Shown here one piece after another: positions 14,546 through 28,445 of a DNA stretch of 64,000 nt. A model generated the notes under the pieces. It worked only from the letters and a program-made list of their open reading frames with translations. It did not search any database and was not told where the DNA came from. The stretch comes from Octopus vulgaris (taxonomy: Eukaryota), in contig OX597815.1 in NCBI GenBank assembly GCA_951406725.2, positions 95,170,001-95,234,000 on the forward strand, in the 5' to 3' direction. A program made the translations under genes and the position numbers. Position 1 is the stretch's first letter; every line of letters begins with the position of its first letter.

Positions 14546-16109
14546 AACCAGTAAGTAGCATTATACGGTTATTTATATAACTTTGGATATTTTTTGCCGA
14601 ATTAATATCAATAATTGGCAAGTCATTCAGTAGAGAGTTTCTATTCATATTATGGAAACATTTCATACATTGAAATAAAGATTGTATGAATTGTACAGAC
14701 ATCGATATATCGCTGATTATCACCTTTATAAATAAGAGGTGCCATATCTAATTAATACATTCATATAGGATGTCAATTGGTGGTACTAACGACACCATGT
14801 GTTATATTGAGTACCAGAAGAATAATTGTAACATTGTTCGACATTTATAAAAGATGACACCTTTTACCGATGTTTATACAATGCAATTTTCGAATCAAAA
14901 TATCAATTAATCATCACCCTTATTAGAATACTGCTCCATGAATCAAGCTATGAGAATTCGGTTTCTATTATGAGAATTATATTATAAAGATATACCGGAA
15001 GAATATTTGCTTCGATTGTACATACTTCTAAAATATCCTATAAAAGCCGGCTGTTCATGTTTTAAAAAGATAAATGTCAAAGTGCAATTATGATATTTGA
15101 AAACGAAATTGAAATAAAAAAAAAAATTCCAGCGTAAGATTTTTCAGAGGTCAACTATTCAGTCAATGAAATACTATTTTACTGAAGTACTTAAATGATT
15201 CATCGGATATCGATATCAGTGTAGTACAACTGGGAAAGATTATACAATAAATCGATCCTTTGGAAAACTAGATGTTATAATTACTGCAGCAATAACAATT
15301 GTAGTTATCTTGAAAAATAGTAATAGCTGAGGTTAATGTTCGTCTTTTATGTGCAAGTCGAAGGGAATTGTGTGTTCTGATAGATTCCGTTATGGGTCTT
15401 TATTTTGTAATAGCTTGTCTAAAGATAGATTTACGGGCGGGCTCTGCATAGCATAAATTTCAAATAGTAATATGTGCTATAGACAACCAGCATACCGGTA
15501 TACAAACACATATTTTCTAAATTGCATAAAGACAGTAGTTTGTAACCAAGTAAAGAATCTTTAGTTTTGGTGAGATGTAACTTATCGTTCCTGCATTTCC
15601 AATTGCACTTAACGTACGTTAATAGCATAGCAAGAAAATACCACGAAGTTAAAAGTTTTTGAGGTGTCTTTCTGGTATTAGATATATTATCTTAATTTCC
15701 TATATCATATTTAATTTCTTTACTATGGTATATTAGAACTGGGCCGTTTACAACGAATATTATGCATCAGTGGTCGAAATTCAATAGCAAAATAGTTTGC
15801 ATGTCAGTCTTATTCTGTACCCAAACTCATGATTCTATACCGTGGGCATTTCAACCAATGAATAGCACTAAGATGTGTTTTAAATCAAATTGCAGCATTT
15901 AATAGATGATATGGGTGAGTTTCAAATCCCAAAATGGCAATATATATTTAATATCTCTTGATTATTGTCACGGCTTCAGTTCAGTATTTGCAAACGTGTA
16001 TGTCAATGTGTTTCTCACTTTGTTCTTATGTATATTTCCGTACGTATGCGAATGTTTAATTCGTATGTATCTGCGTGCAGGTGTATGTGCGTATATGTGA
16101 AGGAAAACA

Positions 16110-16299
16110 CTGTGACCGCGTGTGTATCGTTGGCGATTTTCTTTCCCCGTCTTCCATCCTTGGTCCTTTCCTTTTTCGATGTGTCTGACGAAGAGCTCCG
16201 CTCGAAACGTTAAATCCTCCTTCTTTCTTTCCTTTCCTGAGCGTCCAATAACACTATACATGGTTCACGTCCTCGCGTTGTTGTGGTTTCTCTTTGTGT

Positions 16300-16305
<6 letters not shown>
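16110..16305 (+). mobile_element. Short PLE/retrozyme-like repeat with a hammerhead core at ~16175-16220
   Basis: CTGACGA-a-gagc-tcc-gctc-GAAA-cgtt; the core and stem II are intact but stem I is weak. Downstream ttcctgagcgt is shared with the element at 47.8-47.96 kb. Confidence 0.6.
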
Positions 16306-16349
<44 letters not shown>

Positions 16350-17095
16350 TTTTTCTTTTGCCTTTGTTTATAGGTTGTTTATAAATTTAACCTTCAAATG
16401 TATTTTTTATTATGCTGGCCATTGATAGAATTTGTTTCGAAAAATTTTATCCTATATTAGATGTAAATTTAATAGTGTTCACTTCCGGACTCTCTCACTC
16501 TATGAGAGTTTTCACTCCAATCGCATGTGTCTCGAGGTGTGCTGGAGAATTTCTATTTTGGATATATTTGGGGTACTTAAGTGTACACATGACTTAGTGT
16601 CTGATTCTTCCATGGGTATAAGTAAGTATTTCATTTATTTCTTACCGTATTTATCGCTGACGAGGTGAAAATTCTTATGAATTAACTCTGAAATTGGGAC
16701 CAATACGTTAATAACGGAATTTTTTAGAAATTTCTGACGGCTTAATTCGAGACGCGTGCTTATAGTGATAAATTATACAGTTTATGACGATTTGTCTAAT
16801 TTCGGCATATTTGCCATTAGAATTTTTTTCTTTTGCTCTTGTTTATAAGTTGTATATATATATATATATATATATATGTATGCAAATGCGTGCACATATA
16901 TGTGTGTAATGATGTATATGTGTGTGTGAGTGCGCGCGTTCACATATGTACCAAGTTATATTTATATCCAGCACTGAAAGCCAATCGTGTATATCCATGT
17001 AATATATAGATAATAAGAAATTATTGTTGTCGATCATATATTATAAAGACTATAAACTATATTCGAATGGTTTGTTAAATTATATTATATTATAT

Positions 17096-17135
<40 letters not shown>

Positions 17136-17952
17136 CCGTATAAATGTTGACTGGAATCAAAGTATAATAGAAGTTGTATTCATAAATATAGCTAGAGGCA
17201 AATATTTAATTTGAAATACCTGATTGGTTAATTCAAATCAACATTTCTATTACATTTTTTTACCTCCAAATATCTCACTGCGTTTATAAATATTTTCTTC
17301 AAGCTATTTTAAACAATCTGAATATTAGTTATTTTTCTATTCATATTTTGTAAAAGAACAGCAATTTTGTACATGAAATCACCAGCTTTTTGTATTATTC
17401 TTCAATGCAAGATAATTTATTCTCTGTACATAGTATATTTTCTTTTTGAAGAAATATCGAATCATAGCCAGATGAAATATGCTAGAGGCTTCAGAAATTG
17501 TAGAGAGATGTTTTATGTAAGTGTTTAACTAAGAGTGTCTAATGAATAAAAGTAATAGTGAAGACTGAAATTCATATATGCCTGCCGTAAACATGTGATT
17601 CAATACAATGCTATTGTTTAATACCTGGCATGCTCTGTGAAAGTACTGAAAAGATCAAAAGTGTTCCAACCAGGTCTGTCTAAATTAACCAGTTTTGTTT
17701 TACTTTAAAATAGCAGGCTATTTCTTGAAGGATTTTGCTCTGCTAATTCCATCAGTTAGAGCTATTATATAAATTTTCCCTCGTATTGTTTAGTATACTA
17801 TCTGAGGTAGACTGGTGAAAAAGCATTAAGAACATGGCATAATATGGTGCAGAGTGGTGCGACGCTTAAATAATTCTGACGATACATGGCACAGGTACAG
17901 GAAAGACTGGGATTGTGATGTTATTGTTGCTGTTGTTATTATTATTATTGGT

Positions 17953-18157
17953 AAGGCGGCGAGCTGGTAGAATCTTTAGTACGCCGGGCAAGATGCTTAG
18001 AGGCATTTCGTCCATCTTTACATTCTGAATTCGAAATCCGTCAAGGTAAACTTTGAGTTTCATCCTTTCGGGATCGATTAAATAAGGACCAGTTGAGCAA
18101 AGCTCATCGAATTAACCATTCCCCGAAATTGTTGACCGCGTTCCTAAATTTGAAAAC

Positions 18158-18158
<1 letters not shown>
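17953..18158 (+). mobile_element. SINE family A
   Basis: aaggcggcgagctggtagaatc...tttcatcctttcgggatcgattaaataaggaccagttgagc, flanked by (ATT)n. Confidence 0.8.
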
Positions 18159-18251
<93 letters not shown>

Positions 18252-18959
18252 GATGTTGTTGTTGTAATTATTATTATTATTACTATTATTATTATTATTG
18301 TTGTTCAGCCGAATGTGCCTGATAAAGTAAATCTGTAATAAAATGCATTCAGAATATTAGACTCGCGCATTTTGGAAACCTAGCTCATAAGAGAACATAT
18401 TATGTAAGTTATCATCGTTATTTTAACACATCTTGTTGCTATTTGGTGATGACATTGCTTCTATTTCATGTAACAGTTATTTCATTGATTCGCGAAGAAG
18501 TTTCCCTGTTTGCAGAGAAAATTTCCTGTGGGTTAAGTTAAAATAACCCAATACTTATAAGAATACATATCCAGTACCAATTTAAATTGCTAATAGATAT
18601 TTTGAAAATAGATATACACAGATCTGACGCATGTCGGCCACGTCCAAGGAGCAAATGAACTAAATTTGCAAATTTGCATCGATTACGTTTATGATATCTG
18701 ATGAAACTTCGCTCTTATTGACCTTGCTTTTTTTTTTAAACTGCGTTGCATGAATTGCCTCCTGCAGATGATTACAACGAAGTCCATTTCATAATTCGAG
18801 CTGTTCCTATTTTGCGATAACAAAATACAAACAGCTTTAGGTTACGCAAATTCAAACATATATACTTATCATGCATATTTGTGCCCATAGGCATAAATAT
18901 ATGTATACGTATACCATATACGTTTATACATATTTTCATAAATATATACTAAATACATC

Positions 18960-19030
<71 letters not shown>

Positions 19031-19033
<3 letters not shown>

Positions 19034-19587
19034 AACTTCTTCAAGTACCACTTGAAAAGGAAAGTGAGAGTAGAGAGGCAAGTTTTGTCTAGCGAACGTT
19101 TTAAAAAAAGATAGGTGAATGTAGCAAGGATGGCACGTATGAATGACGAAGTCACCTTGAGCATGATCCTATGAACCCAGAAATTGAAAATAGAGGGTTA
19201 CCCACTTGCAAACAAATGTGGTAACATATAACAATATTGACCAAGGTTACCGGGGTCTTTTTCGTAGGCTTTTCTTCCCACGGATAAACCTTACTTGCTT
19301 TCCCCTTTACACCATACATTCATGACACTGTGATTCACGATCCCTAGTGATCGTTTTTTTCCTCTCCCCTTTTTTCCCTCTTTTTTCTTCTTTTTTCATT
19401 TTTCTTTTCTTTTTTTCTCTTTTTTCTTCTTCTTTTTTTTCTTTTTTTCTTCTTTTTGTTCTTTTTCCCTATTACGATCCCTTTTGATCGAAAACCTACG
19501 CCACCTTTTTTTTCTCCCCCCAAAAGAAAAGCTCTACCTTGTAACTTGTCCCATCTGTGTGCAGCCCTGTGTGGCCAATAAAGAAAC

Positions 19588-19588
<1 letters not shown>
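19031..19588 (+). mobile_element. 5'-truncated L1/Tx1-like LINE 3' end inserted in a (TATC)n array
   Basis: Reads INFFKYHLKRKVRVERQVLSSERFKKR*VNVARMARMNDEVTLSMIL* (resembles a Tx1-type ORF2 C-terminus), then a T-rich 3' UTR ending aataaagaaac. (TATC)n lies on both sides. Confidence 0.55.
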
Positions 19589-19670
<82 letters not shown>

Positions 19671-20538
19671 GTTAGCTAGATGTGTTTGTGTGTGTGTGTA
19701 TTTATAAAACTAATAAGTTAACAGAGATTTGTTTCAATGTTTTCTTGTGCTTCAAATATAAATGGATTATAACCAAAAAATATAAAAATTATAACCAAAA
19801 TTTATAACCCCAAATGCTTCATCTTTAAATAGATGTGAACCTCATGTCGTCATGTAGAATATGTTTGCGGAAGGAGAACAAAAGAACATGGGTCAACCGA
19901 AACAGTTTCAATCCTAGCCACCATTCCTGAGTGTTTGAATAAATCCAGTACACGCTTTTGCATATATAAAGCGTTCTTTCCAACAAAGCCTCCTACAAGT
20001 AATTTGGTATATACAAATTCGATAAAAAGCTAATACATCATTTGAATAACCAAGCAAAACAAAAATGTATATGTAGTCTGAATGTCTTGCATCAAGCTAT
20101 ATCCCTTGGTCGAAGTGTCTTTCAAATACACCATACACACACACACATCATCACATGCGCAGGCACACAATCAATAGCAGTCGGTAAGCTATCGGCGCTA
20201 TATACAGCTTCACTGAATCTCAACAGGCAGAGAAGTTTGCGAGTGGTGAATATAGGAAAATTCCGTCTTACCTTTACGGAGACCGTTAGAGGAATGAAGG
20301 ATAATTCAATACTGCAGTTTCACACTTTTCGGATCATGTGCGTGAGTGCGAATCCGATGGGTCATCGTCAGTTGAATCAACGATTGTCGATGTGGTTTTT
20401 AAATATTCACTTCATCTCTGCCTGTTTACTCGGCTGAACTCCCCAGTTAAAATATGAACAAAGATCAGTAAAGAGATATGCTCACCGGCTGCTATTTCTA
20501 ACAATGATCGTACTTCGTGTACATCAGCTTTGAATCTT

Positions 20539-20598
<60 letters not shown>

Positions 20599-21211
20599 GA
20601 TAGATATGTATATATGTATGTATATATGTATTATGTACATATATACATATATATATATACATATTTATATATATATATATATATATATACATATATACAT
20701 ACATTTACATATATGTATAAATATATATATACATATGTGTGAGTGTGTGTGTGAGTGTGTGTGTGGTGTGTGTGTGTGTGAAAAGGTAAATATTGATTTT
20801 CAATACGAACGCACATTTCTTCCCACTTAATATAAATTCAATCTGAAGCACATTTCTTTCGAATATTGCTTTCATTTGGGAATTAATGCCTCGAGCATTT
20901 GCATCACGTGATTTTAATCAGAGGAAGAGTGGGTAACCGGTATTTCCATCGATTCCATCTTTTTGAAATGTATATTAAGGCCATAAGAGACAATTTTATT
21001 GTGTATACATACATATAAGATCATACATCTATATTACATCTATCTCTGCATCTATTTCTGTAGCTGTATATGCATGTATAATCTTTAATGTTTGCATATA
21101 TATATATACATGTATAATCTTTAATGTTTGCATATATATATTTATATATATATGTATTGTGTGTGTGTTTGCGTGCGTGCATGTGTGTGTTTGCATATAT
21201 ATATTGATTGA

Positions 21212-21266
21212 CTTTTACTCTTTTACTTGTTTTAGTCATTTGACTGCGGCTATGCTGGTGCAACGC

Positions 21267-21270
<4 letters not shown>
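21212..21270 (-). mobile_element. SINE family B 3' tail only
   Basis: actcttttacttgttttagtcatttgactgcggctatgctggtgcaacgccttt. Confidence 0.7.
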
Positions 21271-21322
<52 letters not shown>

Positions 21323-21325
21323 CAA

Positions 21326-22338
21326 TACCTACTAGTACGTTCTCACTATTGAACTTAGGCAGATCTTGATTTCGTGCTTTGTGTGTCCAAGTAATCTATG
21401 GTCTCTGTGCATATGATGTGTTCTATATGTAAAAGAAGACCATTGTACTAGAGAATCGGCGAGAAAAAGCGAGAAGAATTCTAGTAAGTTCTCGTTAAAA
21501 TAATATCATATAGGTGCTGCTCCAATAAGAAGAACATTGTTACTCCCAAACTTCAACAAGAATCCACTACTAAGTGCAAATATCGAGACGCCGAAACTTG
21601 TCCAAGTGACCCAGCGTGTATAGTAAATTCTTTCGTCTATTAGGTAGAGGTCACTGCAACGCATGAAGGTAACATAATTGTAAATAAAAGTTACATCGAT
21701 TTATGCGAAAGCAATTTTAAAACTCGTTATGAAAACCACCAGTCTTATTTCAGTCTCATGAACAAAACTAAAGCTACTAAGTTGGATAACTACGTATAGA
21801 GTTTGAAGATCATCTCCACATCACATAAATTGAAATGTAGGATCGTGGACATATCTATACCAAGTGTAAACAGATTTAAGCGAAGCAATTTATGCGTAGC
21901 AGAAAGATCGCTAATTCTTTTTAGATCCAAGAATCCCACAACATTACTGAAGTCAATATCCGAAAGATTTAGCAAATACAAGAATGATGACATTAATTTT
22001 GTCGAACTGGTGAGCACCATCCCTCCAGATTGAGCAACTGTCCTGCAGAATTTGGACTCCTCTGCATTGAATTATTCTGCACCAGCTAGATTAATTATAA
22101 TTTCTAGGGTCAAAGCGGACGGAACTGTAATTATTTTCTTTTGTTTTCTTTCTTTTTTTCCGCATTTATTTATCTTTTGTTTTCTCATTCCACTTTTTGC
22201 ATGAACCTGCTCCCACTTTTTCTTTCGTGGTTTCTCATGTACCAAAACCCTCATTTTCCGACAAAGCAGACATGCTGATGCACAAGGCAGGTTCTAAAAA
22301 TCTGCTTAACCACAATGGTAAGACACTATTAGTAGTAA
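21326..22338 (+). mobile_element. Penelope-like element remnant: GIY-YIG endonuclease pseudogene (~21494-22033) with diverged inverted termini
   Basis: One frame reads VKIISYRCCSNKKNIV..KCKYRDAETCPSDPACIVNSFVY*VEV..KSYIDLCESNFKTRYENHQSYF..ATKLDNYV*SLK..RIVD..NLCVAERSLIL..LLKSISERFSKYK. This is collinear with the PLE consensus CNCR..CP..C..VY..YIG..FK.R..H..SF..LS.Y.W.LK..C.LC..EK. Segment 21326-21390 is an inverted match to 22275-22338. Confidence 0.85.
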
Positions 22339-22550
22339 TAGCTATATATGCATGATTGTGTGTTTTTGCCTCGGTGTGTGTGTGTGTGTGTGTGTGTGTG
22401 TATTGGCGTGAGTGTAAGTAAATAGATACACGTGTATATGTCTATATTTATTTATATAAGTATAGGTATACTTACATGCATATATCTATGTACACATATA
22501 TATGTATGTATATATGTGTGTATATGTGTGTGTGCTTGTGTTTGTGCGTA

Positions 22551-23740
22551 TCTGTATATATTTAAGGCAAGATGTGTGTTCGTGTGTGTGTGTAGGTTTT
22601 TGTAATTTATGCATATCCACAAATTAGCATGCATGCCGCTCAAATTTTAGTAGGACATTCGTCACGATCCTAGCTGTAATTTCGTCAAATTATTTTCCTC
22701 CGAGACACCCGCGAATATCGGTAAATAATTTTGAGCCATAACTTCTAAATTTTTACGATGGCGAAAGCTACCATTGTTTACAAAGCAAACATGAGTTAAG
22801 TCCCCTCCTAGCGACGGTGTAAAGAGAAGGAGGGAGAGGGAGAGAGATAGAGAGAGATAATAGACAGCCAGGTGTTGTTATGTATGTATGTATGTATGTA
22901 TGTAAGTATGTATGTATGTATGTTTGAATGGCTTCAGTCACACATACACACACACAAGCATGTATGCGTAAAAGACACATGTATGCAATGTTTGTGTGTG
23001 TGTGTTGGGCGTATATATATATACGGGCAATATAAACGATATTCTCCGTTTCTTCACAACTAATTTCCAAATTAGCTGAATCCATTGCCTTACTCATAGC
23101 GATATATAGCTGGTCGTGCGTGAACATGGGAGAGAGCAGAGGTTACCAGAGCAAAATACCTACATGTTGACTGTAGACACGCTCCTTCGCAAACGATCAG
23201 CTATTATTTTATAAACAATGCTTCGAAACTGTTCATGTTTTCGAAAGTTACAAAACTTACTACCGGGTGCCAAATTTGCTTCAATTGATGGTATTACTCG
23301 AGTAGGAGGTGGTGGTGGGACAGTGACATGGGTAAAGGCGTGGAAAAACATGTATGCAATAGGTGTATGTACGTATATGTTTGTGTGTGTGTGTGTGTGT
23401 GTGTATGTGTGTTTTGTCCATATATATAAACTTAATTGTAATCTGAACATAACCGCTTCTCACACAGGATCGGGAGCCCTTTTAGGCGTTCTATTTTCTT
23501 TGCTGGAAGGGTTCCTAGCACATGGGCAAAGTGGGGTTACATGAAAATAAAAAGAAAAAACAATCGATGAGCGGAAAATATCGCGAAACCGATTTCTTAT
23601 GGGATTTCCCAATCAAATTGTCAGCGAAATTGCAGCGAAAAGTTTACCGATTTCAACGGATTTCACTCAAATTTGACAAAGAGCTTGATTAGCTTAATAT
23701 TCCTGACTTAATCCCGAGTAAATTCGGGCTATACTGCTAG
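22551..23740 (+). mobile_element. Non-autonomous Helitron
   Basis: 3' hairpin cccga-gtaaat-tcggg is followed 8 nt later by CTAG|T (23737-23741). The candidate 5' end is A|TCTGTATATAT at 22551. An internal minus-strand fragment FTHDQLYIAMSK...ETENIVY matches the Helitron Pif1-helicase C-terminus (F.HGQLYVA.SR...T.NIVY). Confidence 0.7.
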
Positions 23741-25879
23741 TTCTATATATACATAGTGAATGTTTTTCTCCGTACAACGCAGCCAGATGTTACGACTCTC
23801 GTCTCTTCAGGCAGAGGCGCGTGGTAATGACACAAAAATAAATAACACCAAGTATCCTTACGCTGCTTGTAACATCGAACTATTTCTCAAGTAGAAACAC
23901 CTGTCTGAATGTGATGAGTGTGTGTGTGTGTATGTGCGTATGTGGTTTGTTTGTGTTCGTGCGTGTGTGTGTGTAGATGTGTATTTCAGTATAAGTGTAT
24001 GCGTATATATCTGTTTGGATTTGCGAGCACATTCGTTTCCTATATTAGAACGAACATTAAATACAGATGTTTTTTGCTTTCTGTGAATTAACAACATTTC
24101 TATGTTAGCTTATCGAATTAACTTTTATAATTAAGAAATATACTCTATACAAGCGAACGAATAAACCGATTAAAAAAAAATTAATTAAATTACCGATTTT
24201 AAATTAAATCTGTAATTTTCTAAATTGTCTTCATTTATTCAAATGGGATAACTAGTTAGTAACGCTATTAGATATATTATACATGTATATTTGTGTATTT
24301 AATTAATTTTATATAGGAATATCTTAAACATACATTTATATAACTTGTGTGCATATAATCATATACTGGAGGAAAAGAAATACGCATTAATCTGGAAAGT
24401 TAGGTATTTCTCTCAATCAGTAAATTATTCCATAACCATGTTAATTTTATGTGTATTATGTGAAGCCTTGTATAACCACGCGACTAGAATGCCTATACAT
24501 GATAGCTTTACCAATAGCAGGTAAATCCTCTCTAAAAGTATGTGTTTTCCTACCATGAGGAAAGCTAGAGGTACATGAAATAAATAGTAATCTAGAAACA
24601 CTCTAAAAAAAATTAAGTGATGTCATGCCTAGAAAGGCTTTGCTGACAGATTGAACTACAAGAATAACAATAATAATATATGTTGTATTTCTGTGCCCTC
24701 TCCTCTTCATCAACCAAAAGGAGGTGCAAACGTCAATGAGAGAGTTCTTTGCTTCAATGGAAAAAGAAAACTAGCACTAGCACCAGTGTGCGATCAAAGA
24801 ACTGGCAGAAAGGTGGCTTCAGATGTTACGATACGATGGCCTTTATTTTGAACTTTAGGCTGGTTTTATTGTAACTTGAATAAAGCAGATAACGTACCAA
24901 AATCTTGCTAAATCTTTGACTCAACACAATATAAAAGTGAAATATTGCAGAGACAAAATCAAACCCAATGAAATATCAAATTCTCGGGAGGAACTACTGC
25001 ATGTGACCGAGATGGGATTTCAGCGCAGCATTAGGATGTGGAGATGGCGGCACAACTGTGACGGCAATCTTCGCGCCCTGCTATTAATCTTGTTCTGCTA
25101 CTGCGGGCTATCCGAAATAAAATTTCTCCAGTGGCTCTTACTCCGACAGATATGTATGGGAACATATTAGTATGCAAGATGCACCGCCTTTATTTTGATT
25201 CTGCAGCTAGAGAAAATAGAATATAGCTTATTTAGAATAAAAATCTAAAATATCTGCGGAAATAATACAAAATCTGGAGACGATACAAAATTACTTCAAT
25301 AGGTCATTGACAATTGTGTAAAAGGCATGATACTTGAAGACCCAGAGCATCAGTAACGACAACAATAATAACAACAACTACAATGACAACAATGAGAACA
25401 ATGACAACCTTCATAGTAACAACAGCAAATCCCAAACCTTTGGAAGGCAACTCGGATTTTAGCTTGAGGCACGGGCACTGTTGAACCACGCCAGATCTGA
25501 TCGTATTTCTCTTGCAAGAAAAATAAAAAGAGGACAAGCATCTACAAATGTATCAACAAGAAAAGGAGAAGGGTCGAACTTCCAACTGAAGCAGAAGCCG
25601 AGAAATACTTGAAAAACATGTGAGTATCAGTGTGGCAACTAAGAAAAGAAAACTATTTGGGTGTATAGAAGTCCTGTGTCCTAACGCAGAAAAGGTTAAA
25701 AAAATATCCACGATTACTTGCTCCTGTGAGGAATATGTCATTATACCGTCCTTTTGAGGAAAACTTTTATGTATAGGGACACTAACTAATATGTCGCTGG
25801 AAATAAGCGTCGTTTGTTTTTTCTTTGTTATAATGTTGAAAGGAAATACGATATATTATCGCTTTAAGTTATAGTCTCA

Positions 25880-26160
25880 AATAGGAAGAATTTGGTGCAT
25901 GCGAGGAGTAAAGGCCATACCTATAATACTTGGTGCGTTGGGAACAGTAAGTCAAGATAAAGACGAATGGCTGAAAGAGATTGAAATAGAATGCCCGGTA
26001 GAACTGCTACAGAATGTTTGTGTCTCATGGACAGCAAAACATTATCAGGAGGATTCTATGCTCTTGAAAGTATGTTGATGCTTTGTGGATACCTAAGGTT
26101 ACATGTTACCCGCTATCCACCTAATTCCTAACAGGAATAAGACTGAACCAAAGCCAAACC
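25880..26160 (+). mobile_element. Old R4/Dong-type LINE 3' fragment ending in (TAA)n
   Basis: GRIWCMRGVKAIPIILGALGTVSQDKDEWLKEIEIECPVELLQNVCVSWTAK resembles the REL-endonuclease C-terminus, followed by a short UTR and (AAT)n. Confidence 0.7.
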
Positions 26161-26198
<38 letters not shown>

Positions 26199-26715
26199 GA
26201 ATGGCTCATGAAATCATGATGCAACACAAGGGAAGAATTAACGGCGACAATGAAGCTATAGCAAACCATGGTGAAAGTTTTCCACCCGGTACGTCCGGCC
26301 TCGGACAGTTGTTATGTCACAATAGATCACATATACTGTGTTCGCAAAAAAACAGACATACGTGGATGAATGAAGGGTAGGACACACTTATTGAATGTCA
26401 TGAAAGAGCAAAGCTGGAAAGAAATCGCGGAGTAAGCCGACGTATCTTGAAATGTTAGATCGGAAAAGACATGTGTCCAATGTCGGAAAATTATAACAAC
26501 AACAACAACAACAATAACAATAACAACAACAACACCATCAACAACAACGACAACAATACTAATAATAATAAGACCGCAGTGAAAACAAACTGCATGGATG
26601 TGTGACAGCTAGCTGCTGAGAAGATAGATCAAATCTAAAACAACTCCGCGAAAACAATGAAAGAAATGTTTTAATGGAAGCCGTCATGGTTGACTGAAAT
26701 ATTTTTATATTTGGA

Positions 26716-26790
<75 letters not shown>

Positions 26791-26835
26791 ATGTGTAATA
26801 ATAATAATGATAATAATAATAATAATAATAATAAC

Positions 26836-26865
<30 letters not shown>

Positions 26866-26867
<2 letters not shown>

Positions 26868-28109
26868 CAGGATAATAATAATAATGACAAGATCTAGGAT
26901 GCATCACCCAAAATCTGACATAGAAAGACTATATATACAACGTATAGAAGGTGGTAGAGGCCTTATACAACTGGAAAACTACTATAAAATAACCACCATA
27001 GGACTGCAGAAATATCTACTTCAGAAGGAAGGAAAACTGATACAAATAGCGACAAAACACGAGCAAAACAAAAAACTGTTCTCAGTATTTAAGGAAGCTG
27101 ACAAATACAAACAAGAAATCATACCACCTAATAAATATGAAGAAGAAGAAGAAGAAGAAGAAGATGAAGAAACAACTAAAGCTATAAAACAAATGAAATC
27201 CAAACTAAAAATAGAACAGCAACGAACCATGATAAAACGATGGCAAGAAAAGCCCCTTCATGGTAAATACTGGACTAAACTAAACGCAAAAGAAATAGAC
27301 AAAGAAAAATTTCAGCAATGGCTGAGAAGCTCAGGGCTCAAAGCAGAAACGAAGGTTTTTAATCCTGCAGCTCAAGACCAAAGCCTATTAACCCGGAACT
27401 ACCAGGCCAATGTGATGGAAAAAATATAACAGAAGTAACTGCAGAATATCTGGAGATGGACATGATTGAAACAATAAATCATATTATCTCTAGATGCCCA
27501 GTCCTGGCACCAGAAGAGAATATATTCACAGACATGACAGAGTTGGCCAATATCATACATTGGAAGCTATGCCAACAATATGGAATAACAACAGAAAAAA
27601 GATGGTATAATCACACACCCAGAGGCTGTAACTGAAGGAGAAAAGCAACCATTCTGTGGGACTTTCAAGTACATACAGACCGAGACCATCAAGGCCAACA
27701 GGCCAGATATTGTTGTCAAAGACCAAAACAATAAAGTTTGCTTATTGATGACATGAGCATACCGGCAGATGACAACGTGTCTCAAAAGAAATGGAGAAAC
27801 TCTCAAAATACAAAGACCTGGAAATAGAGGTAACCAGAATGTAGAATCTGAAAACAGAAACAATTCCTATCATAGTAGGTGCATTAGGCATGATAAAAAA
27901 ATATTCAGACAAATACATAACAAAAACACCAGGACTTACAAACACATATAACATACAGAAAATTGCACTACTAGGCACTGCACACATCCTACGCAGAACA
28001 CTTTCCATACAATAACCATCAGAGCATCACAACAAATCACTACACATACCCAAGGCACACAGAGCTGCGCTCGGTAGTGAAGTGAAAGCACGCTATAAAA
28101 ATAAAACTA

Positions 28110-28113
<4 letters not shown>
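26866..28113 (+). mobile_element. 5'-truncated R4/Dong-type non-LTR retrotransposon (post-RT region, Zn finger remnant, REL endonuclease; frameshifted)
   Basis: MHHPKSDIERLYIQRIEGGRGL...WQEKPLHGKY...WLRSSGLKAET..AAQDQSL.TRNY...ETINHIISRCP..HRHDRV..ILWDF..TDR..ANRPDIVVKD..KYKDLEIEV..IPIIVGALG..QKIALLGTAHILRRTL. Flanked on both sides by (TAA)n. Confidence 0.9.
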
Positions 28114-28183
<70 letters not shown>

Positions 28184-28268
28184 TAATAATAATAATAATA
28201 ATAGGGAATATTATTCCAAACTTACAGGGAAAATTTCAATTTAGAGATAGTAAATCAAATTTCACAAA

Positions 28269-28311
<43 letters not shown>

Positions 28312-28445
28312 TAGAAAAAAACACCTTTTATCAATTCAACAATGAAAAAAATAAATTATAGCATATAGAAAAAAGTACATCCTAACATATACCAATAATT
28401 AAGTAATATACAAAATAATAAATAAAACGTATATGACTGGTAAAA

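Noticed and set aside
20320-20375. Minus-strand CTGACGA...GAAA
   Set aside because: Stem II does not start next to the core and there is no stem I/III closure.
23780-23815. Minus-strand CTGAAGA-gac-gaga-gtc-GTAA hammerhead-like motif
   Set aside because: GAAA is mutated and neither stem I nor stem III pairs convincingly.
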